Shown piece after piece: positions 24,439 through 32,000 of a DNA stretch of 32,000 nt. Every line of letters begins with the position of its first letter. The stretch's first letter is position 1. A program made the position numbers and the translations under genes. The notes beneath the pieces were generated by a model. That model had not been told where the DNA came from. It saw nothing but the letters and a program-made list of their open reading frames with translations, and ran no database searches. This DNA comes from Candidatus Thorarchaeota archaeon (GTDB taxonomy: Archaea; Asgardarchaeota; Thorarchaeia; Thorarchaeales; Thorarchaeaceae). Location: assembly GCA_008080745.1 (NCBI GenBank), contig SHMX01000005.1, positions 60,001 through 92,000 of the forward strand. The letters are read 5' to 3'.

Positions 24439-25542
24439 ATGTGGCGTTTCATGCGACCTGATGCAAAACGAGTTTGGAAGGACCCCGAGGTGGTCAAACG
24501 GTTATCTCGATACCGAAAAATTATAGATGATAAGAGATGGGCGAAATATCTTTTGGCCAAAGACATCCCTATATCTGGCGATTTAAGTCGCACAACAGAG
24601 GAACTTTGGACATCTCATAGACCGCATTCTAAAGAATTTAGCAAGTATATTGAGAAGGTAGATTCAGGTGATGATCGACAACCACAACACAATCAATCAA
24701 CACTAACCTTCCTAGACCTTAAGATAGAATTAGCGAATAGAATTCTTTCCAATTGCCATTTTTGTGAACGTAGATGTGGAGCTGACAGAACTAAAGACAA
24801 GACTGGCTGGTGCAAATTAGATAGCGTTTCGCGTGTTTCATCGGCATTTCTGCACTCCGGAGAGGAGGCTCCCTTGGTTCCCAGTGGTACAATTTTCTTT
24901 TCCTCCTGCTGTTTTGGATGTGTGTTCTGCCAAAATGACGATATCTCTACCAATCCTCGATCAGGAAGAGCAGTAACTCCTCCTGAATTGGCATCAGTTG
25001 CTGAACAGCTCTTCTCCGATGGTGCTATCAATATCAATTATGTTGGCGGCGACCCCATTCCCAACACTCATACCATCCTTGCCTCACTGCGTTTTCAAGC
25101 TTCCAATGTCACACAACTCTGGAATTCTAACTTGTATTGTTCAATTGAAACGATGCGTCTCTTATGCGATGTTTTTGATGTCTGGCTTCCAGATTTCAAG
25201 TATGGCAATAATGAATGTGGAGAACGCCTCTCTGGAGTAAAAGACTATTTTTCCATTGTTTCCAGAAATCATCTCATGGCTTATAACTCGGGTGAGGTAA
25301 TAATACGGCATCTCGTTATGCCAAATCACATTGATTGTTGCACAATCCCCATCTTGGAATGGGTGGCTGAGAATATGCCTAATTGCATGGTCAACATCAT
25401 GGCACAATACCGACCAGAACATCTGGTACTTCAGCGACCAGATGAGTTTCCCGAAATTGGGCGGCGTGTATTGAGCGGCGAGATGCATCGTGCCCAAGAG
25501 AAGGCTGATGAATTAGGTATCTGTTGGCGTCCTGTAAGCTAG
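24439..25542 (+). CDS. Radical SAM protein, PflX (pyruvate formate-lyase activating enzyme-like) family
   Basis: Archaeal-type N-terminus MWRFMRPDA; CHFCERRCGADR; HSGEEAPLVPSGTIFF; CxxxCxxC as CCFGCVFC; VGGDP; PDFKYGNN; RHLVMPNH. The ORF track starts at 24391. Confidence 0.9.
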   Translation: MWRFMRPDAKRVWKDPEVVKRLSRYRKIIDDKRWAKYLLAKDIPISGDLSRTTEELWTSHRPHSKEFSKYIEKVDSGDDRQPQHNQSTLTFLDLKIELANRILSNCHFCERRCGADRTKDKTGWCKLDSVSRVSSAFLHSGEEAPLVPSGTIFFSSCCFGCVFCQNDDISTNPRSGRAVTPPELASVAEQLFSDGAININYVGGDPIPNTHTILASLRFQASNVTQLWNSNLYCSIETMRLLCDVFDVWLPDFKYGNNECGERLSGVKDYFSIVSRNHLMAYNSGEVIIRHLVMPNHIDCCTIPILEWVAENMPNCMVNIMAQYRPEHLVLQRPDEFPEIGRRVLSGEMHRAQEKADELGICWRPVS

Positions 25543-25549
25543 GCCTCTT

Positions 25550-26113
25550 CTAGAACGCACTCGCCTCAATCAGGCTATCATCTATCACGATACACTCATC
25601 GCAGACCTCAAGGAGTTCATCCAGCGTCCTTGTCATTGCTCGGCCTTGACTGTCATAACAATCTCGATAATATATCTTAGTCAAGACGCCAGCGTCTTTT
25701 GCGGACTCGATAGCTGGAACAAAGTCGCTATCGCCAGTTACCATGATTGCAGTACCAATCTGTTTGCCCCAGGCCATTCTCATGAGATCCACAGTAAGTA
25801 GAACATCAACTCGCTTCTGGTAGAATTCACCCGTTGATGCATTATGTGCGGTCTTCCCTAATCTGACCACAAACCGATTGAGCTTGGTGAGACTGCTGGC
25901 AAATCGTTCGTGATTCTCATGTCTTCTCTCTTCTTCGTCAGTTGGTTCCTGGCTGATATAGGGGGGACAATCATACACGTAAGTCCTAAGACGTTCTTTG
26001 TCTTCACAAAGATAGTTCGAAAATTTTTCAAAATCTATTCTCGGTTCATCAAAACAATATTTCAGAACCTTTCCAAAATATCCAATGTCTATAAATACAG
26101 CTGCCCTGTTCAC
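25550..26113 (-). CDS. NYN domain (LabA/DUF88, PIN-like) putative nuclease
   Basis: AVFIDIGY, QKRVDVLL..D, TGDSDFVPAI..AK..GV; GTG start 8 nt after GGAGGT. Confidence 0.9.
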   Translation of the reverse strand: MNRAAVFIDIGYFGKVLKYCFDEPRIDFEKFSNYLCEDKERLRTYVYDCPPYISQEPTDEEERRHENHERFASSLTKLNRFVVRLGKTAHNASTGEFYQKRVDVLLTVDLMRMAWGKQIGTAIMVTGDSDFVPAIESAKDAGVLTKIYYRDCYDSQGRAMTRTLDELLEVCDECIVIDDSLIEASAF

Positions 26114-26268
26114 ATCATTTTACCTCCGGCACATTATTACCACAATTTTTACTAGTGATTATCTTTTCCTGAGATATTAATCCTTGTTAACTGTTCTGAT
26201 TAATTCATTCTCATATCCACTTCACAAGATTATAATGTATTTTCGTATATTTTCAATGGTGAACAATA

Positions 26269-26505
26269 ATGTGTCTTGCAGTACCTGCCTTGGTCTTGAG
26301 TATTGAAGGGGACTATGCCGAAGTTGACTTTGGCGGTGTTAAGAAGAAGGTCTGTGTATCCTTGCTTCCAGAGTTAGAACCTGGCGAGTATGTGATTATT
26401 CATACTGGATACGCCATCGAGAGTATGAAGCCTGAGGAGGCCAAAAAGACACTTGCACTTTTCGAAGAGATGGCACAAATATCACTTGATGATGAGAAGT
26501 CGTAA
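26269..26505 (+). CDS. hypC: Hydrogenase maturation chaperone HypC/HupF
   Basis: MCLAVP...A.VDFGGV...GEYVIIHTGYAI. Confidence 0.96.
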   Translation: MCLAVPALVLSIEGDYAEVDFGGVKKKVCVSLLPELEPGEYVIIHTGYAIESMKPEEAKKTLALFEEMAQISLDDEKS

Positions 26506-26552
26506 ATAAGCAATCTTTTTGTAGAATGTATTGGCCGTCGTACTGGAGTGCA

Positions 26553-27401
26553 ATGACCGATACACTAGAGTCCATCATGGCAGAAATTCGTTCTAGAATT
26601 AATACAGAAGATACGGAAACATCAGTATCTTCGGATGAGATTCAATCTCTTATAGAAAACACACAGATTGTAATGCCAGCAGGCGGAAAGGGAACTCGCA
26701 TCCGTGCTGAAACCCAGAGTGAAGGCATAAACAAGGTCATGATTGAGATAAATAATGAGAGTATGATTGAGAAGGCGGTTAGCGATTACAGTGATATTGG
26801 AATTAAAAAATTTGCAATCCTAACTGGTTTCTTAGCAGAAGAGGTTGAAGACCATCTTGGTGATGGATCAAAGTGGGGAGTAGAAATCAAGTATTCAAGA
26901 GACCCTGGCGGTAAGAAGGTCGGTAATGCAGGTGCAATTCTGCACGCTCTAAATAATGGTACAATCGATGATTCTATGGTATCTATCGTTCACAATCCCG
27001 ATGATGTAATAGTTGGGCTGGATCGCCCGTATGGTGAGATATTCCTTGAAGGTCATGCAAAGGGACGTAAGAATGGTTGTATCGCAACCTTTGTCGTGGT
27101 TCCCACATCTCCTTTCCAATATTCGGGAATGGTTATTGAGAAAGGTATCGTTAAAGATGTGACAAAGTATCCACCTATCGCTATTCCTGCTCACACTGGA
27201 ATTACCGTATTCGACCCTGAAGTCTACACGTATTTCCGAGATTTAGTTTCACTTGAGGTTGAATCTTCTTTTGAGAATGTCGTCTGCCCAGTTATTACTT
27301 CAAAGAACAAAATGTTTGCAATCAATATCTCCTCAGGAAGTTGGATTCCTGTTAATGATTTGAAAGGACTTGAAACAGTGCGCAAAAAACTAAAGGAGTA
27401 G
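26553..27401 (+). CDS. Sugar-phosphate nucleotidyltransferase (NDP-sugar pyrophosphorylase family)
   Basis: PAGGKGTR, GDGSKWGVEIKY, GNAGAI, HTGITVFDP, WIPVND. ATG at 26553 follows GGAG; the ORF track starts at 26526. Confidence 0.85.
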   Translation: MTDTLESIMAEIRSRINTEDTETSVSSDEIQSLIENTQIVMPAGGKGTRIRAETQSEGINKVMIEINNESMIEKAVSDYSDIGIKKFAILTGFLAEEVEDHLGDGSKWGVEIKYSRDPGGKKVGNAGAILHALNNGTIDDSMVSIVHNPDDVIVGLDRPYGEIFLEGHAKGRKNGCIATFVVVPTSPFQYSGMVIEKGIVKDVTKYPPIAIPAHTGITVFDPEVYTYFRDLVSLEVESSFENVVCPVITSKNKMFAINISSGSWIPVNDLKGLETVRKKLKE

Positions 27402-27516
27402 CATCTCTGAAGATGTGATTTATGATCAGATTAGTCAATGATGGTCCATCCATCAAATTCTAATATCAGTTTAGGATTGAAAAATACTGCTCCTCAAACA
27501 GGAGAACCGATTAGCT

Positions 27517-28209
27517 TTGAAATATATCATTATTCCTACCTTAAATGAAGAAGAAAATATTGGCGAGCTGATTCATCAGATATACCAATACATGCCCCCA
27601 TCAGAAACAATGGTGATTGTGGTAGATGACGATAGTACTGATTCAACTCATCAAGTAGTGAGGAATGTTTCAAAGGAATACCCCCAGGTCAAACTTATAA
27701 TACGAAAAGATGAGCGTGGCTTGGGAACTGCTGTTCGAAGGGGTGCAGAAGAGGTTGGAGATGGACCTGTTGTTGTGATGGATGCTGATTTATCCCATCA
27801 CCCTCGACATTTACCATCCATGTTCAAAGCCCTTGCTCAAGGTGCAGATATTGTAGTTGGCTCCCGGTATGTAGATGGTGGTGGAATTAGGGGTTGGCCA
27901 GGAAGTAGGATTGCAGTAAGTAAGGTTGCAACCTTGATTGCTAAGATTATATTTCGTGTCCCAGCAAACGATCCCATGAGTGGGTTTGTGGGTTGTCAGT
28001 CTGCGGAAACCCTTACAAAGGGAATTGATTATGCAGATTTTAAATTCCTGCTTGAATTAATGGTTAAAAACAGAACCCTGCATATCAGCGAGGTTCCTAT
28101 CGTTTTTCAGGATCGTTTGAAAGGAAGTAGTAAACTGAAAGCAAAGACTATTGGACTATATCTATCTTTAGTGATACGACTTATGCTTGAATCCGGTTCT
28201 CAAAATTAA
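27517..28209 (+). CDS. GT2 polyprenol/dolichol-phosphate mannosyltransferase (DPM1-like, no C-terminal TM domain)
   Basis: IIPTLNEEENI, VVDDDSTD, VMDADLSH.P, VGSRY, DPMSGF, EVPIVFQDR..GSSK. Confidence 0.92.
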   Translation: MKYIIIPTLNEEENIGELIHQIYQYMPPSETMVIVVDDDSTDSTHQVVRNVSKEYPQVKLIIRKDERGLGTAVRRGAEEVGDGPVVVMDADLSHHPRHLPSMFKALAQGADIVVGSRYVDGGGIRGWPGSRIAVSKVATLIAKIIFRVPANDPMSGFVGCQSAETLTKGIDYADFKFLLELMVKNRTLHISEVPIVFQDRLKGSSKLKAKTIGLYLSLVIRLMLESGSQN

Positions 28210-28231
28210 TAGTATAAAGGAGACTTGTTGA

Positions 28232-30316
28232 TTGGTCAAGAATTCTCGTACTTATAGAGAAATATCTCTCCTCTATATAATTAGCCTCCTACTCTCTATT
28301 GTTACGAATTTCATAATCATAATAGTAATGCGCTTTTTTGGAAGTGAAATGTACCCGTTTTTTATTACTCTCTACATATGGATAGCCGCATATATGCTTC
28401 TCTTATCGGTTCTACTCAGAGGAATCCGGTTTGACTATCTCTCATTTCTTTCCAATAGAAATATGTTAATTATAATATCTATATTGACGATTGGATCTCG
28501 TGCTATGTTTTTAGGCATGAATGAATTCATCTCACTTGATAGTCTTTGGTATCTGGATTTTGGAAACTTTATGGCCAATGGAAATATACCGTATTACGAC
28601 TTCTATTTTCCTTATCCACCTGTTTTTGGATATTTCATCTACCTTATCTATATCCTTGTACCTTCGGTAGATAGTTTTCGGATTCTAGCAATTTCTTTTG
28701 ATGTACTTGTTGTGATACTACTTTGGAGAGTCGTTGTGCGGAAGTCAAGCTCGTCCTGGGGCAATTTCGTTGGATTGGCATATGCAATGCTTCCGATGTC
28801 TGTCATTGAATCTGGATGGAACGGCCACTTTGAGTCAATGGTTGCATTTTTTGTTCTTCTTTCAGTATATTTTCTCTTATGTAATCGTCATGTGCTATCA
28901 GGAGTTCTTCTTGGGCTTGCTACTGCTACAAAATTATTTCCCGGACTCTTGTTACCCGTATTCGTTTTCTACTTTAGGACTTGGAGAAGTCGTATTGAAT
29001 TCGTCATTTCCACTGTTATTAGTGCCCTTCTTTCATTACTCCCCTTTTTGGTTCCGATCTGGCTACGTTCAGATGATACTACTGCAACAGCTAGTTTCAA
29101 CGATACATCAGGTATAATAGAAATAATGCTGAAATCAGTATTTGACCCTACTGCACACCCTCTCATAATTACAGTTCTACTATTCACTGGAATTGGTTTT
29201 CTTATTCTTGCTATAATAATTCAGTTTCTTCGAGATAATGATAATGATAACGTTCTCCCATATAACATAGTTTCAGGGGTGTTTGGAGTTGTACTGATTG
29301 CAATGGGTATGATTGCAGGATGGTACCCTCTCTCACTAGAATCTCGACTTGTCTATTGGAGATACCCCGCAGATGTTGGTATTGTACGGGCAATTACCGC
29401 TGGTGCAGCGGGTCTGGTAATTATTTCTATGGCTTATAGAAGATGGAAAAGGGGGGAGCTTGAATGGGTTTCAAAAGAAACACTGCTGATTCTTGTGTCT
29501 ACAGTTTTGCTGCTGATGCTTTCTATGACAAGAGAGGTCTTCTATGGATGGTACCTATTATGGTCAATACCCCTTCTTTTTCTTCTGAATGACCGTCGAC
29601 TTTTCCTCATGGCAATATTAGCACTACTACTCATATATCCGAGCTATACTCATGACAATTTTAATTCCCTGGGTTATGAGGAGGAACGTATTTGGAGTGA
29701 AGAGTTCAATTCTGCCCAAGGATGGAGCAAATACATTAATAGATCAAACTCTGGAATTCCTTCTGGTGTGATAACTGCTGAAACTTATATCGATGAGTCA
29801 AGGGGACATTTTTCTATCGACACTTCTTCTGTTTCAGACGCACAAAAGTTGGATAATGTTAGCATAGTTTTCAAGAAAAATTATGCTTTTCGTGTAGAAA
29901 AAGAAACAGAATTCGTTATTCGTCTGACTTGTAGTTGGGACCCTACATTCGGACAGTATGCTGATATGTCCTTAGACTTCTTTGGAGAAGATACGCAAGG
30001 TCATGCAATCAAGGGAACTATTATTCCAATGACCAGTGCTATTACAAATCTCACAAATTTGCTTTGGCGATTTTCTTTCTCTTCTATTTTGAACTGTAAC
30101 ACAAGCTGCATCATTGACGAGTTGGTACTTACTGTTTATCCTGTCAGAATGGGAGAATATCGATACTCGATTGATTATATGTATACTACCCGTGCTGGCC
30201 CTCTGAATCCGAGATATATTTTGATTTCAATTACATTAGTTACAATTTCTTTTGCAGCATATGTGCTTTTGAATATTGAACTTCACTGGGCAGTTAGTGG
30301 GAAACGGCATTGCTAA
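28232..30316 (+). CDS. GT-C polytopic glycosyltransferase (GT87/DUF2029/PIG-like) with a C-terminal extracellular beta-sandwich domain
   Basis: About 11-12 TM segments; PYYDFYFPYPP, NGHFESMVAFF, GVLLGLATATKLFP, GWYLLW; a roughly 180-aa soluble domain ending IDYMY, followed by a final TM segment. Confidence 0.8.
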   Translation: MVKNSRTYREISLLYIISLLLSIVTNFIIIIVMRFFGSEMYPFFITLYIWIAAYMLLLSVLLRGIRFDYLSFLSNRNMLIIISILTIGSRAMFLGMNEFISLDSLWYLDFGNFMANGNIPYYDFYFPYPPVFGYFIYLIYILVPSVDSFRILAISFDVLVVILLWRVVVRKSSSSWGNFVGLAYAMLPMSVIESGWNGHFESMVAFFVLLSVYFLLCNRHVLSGVLLGLATATKLFPGLLLPVFVFYFRTWRSRIEFVISTVISALLSLLPFLVPIWLRSDDTTATASFNDTSGIIEIMLKSVFDPTAHPLIITVLLFTGIGFLILAIIIQFLRDNDNDNVLPYNIVSGVFGVVLIAMGMIAGWYPLSLESRLVYWRYPADVGIVRAITAGAAGLVIISMAYRRWKRGELEWVSKETLLILVSTVLLLMLSMTREVFYGWYLLWSIPLLFLLNDRRLFLMAILALLLIYPSYTHDNFNSLGYEEERIWSEEFNSAQGWSKYINRSNSGIPSGVITAETYIDESRGHFSIDTSSVSDAQKLDNVSIVFKKNYAFRVEKETEFVIRLTCSWDPTFGQYADMSLDFFGEDTQGHAIKGTIIPMTSAITNLTNLLWRFSFSSILNCNTSCIIDELVLTVYPVRMGEYRYSIDYMYTTRAGPLNPRYILISITLVTISFAAYVLLNIELHWAVSGKRHC

Positions 30317-30395
30317 TGACAAAACTGCAATCATTATTTTCTCACTAACAAATATGTTATATGTGGTAGGCGTTCTACTTAGTCTGGTTACTAAA

Positions 30396-31667
30396 TTGAG
30401 CGATTCGAGAAAAACCAACCGGATAGTTGCTTTTGTTGAGCATTATCCACCGTTTTTAGGGTCTGATCGCTCAATATTTGAATTAGCAAAGCGAGTCGCC
30501 AAAAAGGGGAGAAGAATTCACTTTGTTGCAACACAACCACTGAGATATCTAGTAGGTCAGAGACCTCCTGACTGGGAATACACAAAAAACTGGGAGGGCC
30601 CGGTTCCCAAGACCCATAAGAATATCTCTGCAAAGTACCTCTTATCAAGAAAATCTCTTCTGTCTGCCTGGAGAATATTTCCTCCTCTCGCATTACTTCT
30701 GACATTGCTTACTTTCACCATATCTTCGATACGGGAGATTAATCGTTTCAAACCCGATGTAATTGTTGTTGCTCATGCATCTCCTATTGTTGGCATTGTT
30801 GGAACACTTGCTGGAAAGCTCACAGGCCGTCCGATAGTTATGGGATGTCCTGACTGGATGACTGCATACGGTGCAGAACTAATCAAAGGTGAATTGAATG
30901 CACTCGGACGGGTCTTTCTCCATCTTATAGAGATGACTTTATACAAGTGGTCTGATCGCATATTTGCTGCTACTACTTTTCTAAAACGTCTGTTGATTCA
31001 ACATGAAATTGAACCATCCAAAATAACAGTGATACCCAATGGTGTTGACGCAAGACAATTCAATCCTGATGTAGATTCTAGTGAAATCAAGTCGCAATAC
31101 GGTCTAATGGATAAGTCTGTTGTAATCTTTTCAGGACATCTTGAGGAGTGGGCTGGTGTTTCCGTTGTTTACCATCTGGCCGAACGACTTCATCGTGAAG
31201 TTCCCAATGCACGAATTTTACTGGTGGGTGCAGGAGTGAAGCTCAATCTCCTTTTTGATAGACTCTCAGAAAATGGATTGTCTGAAGTGGTAATTTATGC
31301 TGGACTTCATCCTCATGAGGCGATTCCAAAATTCACGGCTGCGTCAGATGTAGCTCTCTGTATCTTTCCTGACACTGCAGTATCCCATGCTGCCTCTCCT
31401 CTAAAATTGTTTGAATATATGGGCTCTGGCAATGCAATCGTTGCGACACGAGTTGCTGGAACTGCAGAAATATTGCGTGATGATGTAGGAATGCTTGTAC
31501 CCCCTGGTGATACTGATGCAATATGCGACGCCACCATACATCTCTTCCTTGACTCAACCCTTCGGAAGAAATTAGGGGATCACGCAAGAGAACTTGTTGA
31601 ACAAAAGTATTCTTGGACTCTTTTAGCAGACCAATTTTTGGCTTTATGTGATACCACTATTTCCTAA
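30396..31667 (+). CDS. GT4 family glycosyltransferase (GT-B)
   Basis: EHYPPFLGS, PDVIVV, VIPNGVD, FSGHLEEWAG, PLKLFEYMGSGNAIVAT. The probable start is TTG at 30396; the ORF track starts at 30276, overlapping the upstream gene. Confidence 0.92.
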   Translation: MSDSRKTNRIVAFVEHYPPFLGSDRSIFELAKRVAKKGRRIHFVATQPLRYLVGQRPPDWEYTKNWEGPVPKTHKNISAKYLLSRKSLLSAWRIFPPLALLLTLLTFTISSIREINRFKPDVIVVAHASPIVGIVGTLAGKLTGRPIVMGCPDWMTAYGAELIKGELNALGRVFLHLIEMTLYKWSDRIFAATTFLKRLLIQHEIEPSKITVIPNGVDARQFNPDVDSSEIKSQYGLMDKSVVIFSGHLEEWAGVSVVYHLAERLHREVPNARILLVGAGVKLNLLFDRLSENGLSEVVIYAGLHPHEAIPKFTAASDVALCIFPDTAVSHAASPLKLFEYMGSGNAIVATRVAGTAEILRDDVGMLVPPGDTDAICDATIHLFLDSTLRKKLGDHARELVEQKYSWTLLADQFLALCDTTIS

Positions 31668-31998
31668 GTGTTATACGATAATTAATCAAAGTCTGTTTTG
31701 CACCTTGAATCCACGATTGACTCTTCGCACATTGTTTATGAGTATCCCCCATTTTCTTGGCAGTTTCTGGATTTCCAATAATATAATCTATCTTCTCAGC
31801 AAGGTCCTTAGCATCTCTAGACCTAAAGGTAACAACACTACTATCTAGTGATTCTTGATTATGATATCCTACATCAGATGCTAATATTGGTGTTCCATAT
31901 CCTGCGAAATTATGAATTGGACCACTCGCGCCGACACTCTCAGTGTATGGTACAAGAATTATCGAAGCGGCTGAGAAATATTTTGGAATATCTTTGTC
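31657..31998 (-). CDS. GT4 family glycosyltransferase, 3' part only (runs off the right edge)
   Basis: Not in the ORF track. Manual translation: DKDIPKYFSAASIILVPYTESVGASGPIHNFAGYGTPILASDVG...RDAKDLAEKIDYII...SWIQGAKQTLINYRITLRK*, a Glycos_transf_1 C-terminal pattern. Stop TAG at 31657-31659. Confidence 0.85.
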   Translation of the reverse strand, partial: DKDIPKYFSAASIILVPYTESVGASGPIHNFAGYGTPILASDVGYHNQESLDSSVVTFRSRDAKDLAEKIDYIIGNPETAKKMGDTHKQCAKSQSWIQGAKQTLINYRITLRK

Positions 31999-32000
31999 TT

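Noticed and set aside
27402-27516. Hairpin GATGG-TCCAT-CCATC as a SECIS-like or tRNA-like element
   Set aside because: Only a 5-bp stem, no cloverleaf, and no upstream gene with an in-frame TGA.
30276-30395. Hydrophobic N-terminal extension or TM anchor on the GT4, overlapping the GT-C gene by 41 nt
   Set aside because: More simply explained as an ORF-caller upstream extension. TTG at 30396 gives a normal GT4 N-terminus.
2133-31848. The many short antisense or alternate-frame ORFs in the track (e.g. 2133-2408, 4102-4470, 12037-12369, 20822-21202, 24693-25037, 28734-29117, 31648-31848)
   Set aside because: They overlap well-supported genes, lack SD signals and recognisable motifs, and look like codon-bias shadows.

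Overview
Gene-dense archaeal chromosomal window with about 31 CDS, two of them cut by the window edges. I saw no rRNA, tRNA, CRISPR array or IS element. Archaeal origin is supported by the mvhD-mvhG order, tungsten AOR/WOR enzymes, a SAMP/MoaD-type Ubl, an archaeal PflX N-terminus, a Dol-P-Man synthase, and TATA plus SD signals. An Asgard (Thorarchaeia-like) host is my inference only. Contents in order: the start of an Mvh [NiFe]-hydrogenase operon; a demi-Lrp and a small unknown protein; a TPR protein; a tight minus-strand operon of MoaD-like Ubl, allantoinase-like amidohydrolase, 4-cluster FeS protein and WOR; a PfkB kinase; a 922-aa Ig-repeat surface glycoprotein; an M24 peptidase; a PreA/DHODH-like flavo-FeS protein; a second FeS-WOR pair; a PAS histidine kinase; a TRZ/ATZ deaminase; purB with an unknown gene and an ABC-2 exporter; a transcarbamylase homologue; a PflX radical SAM protein; an NYN nuclease; hypC; and a glycosylation cluster. 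The most notable observations are: (i) an intact YgeW/AOTCase-like transcarbamylase that has lost essentially all catalytic motifs; (ii) a PreA-like protein without the catalytic Cys loop; (iii) a WOR-FeS module with altered cluster ligands (Asp for Cys in the WOR, Thr for Cys in the FeS subunit), co-transcribed with a cyclic amidohydrolase and a Ubl that carries a C-terminal pro-peptide after GG. Together these may outline an undescribed tungsten/ferredoxin-based anaerobic pathway for nucleobase or heterocycle catabolism (inference). All family calls come from motif reading by eye; no database searches were run.
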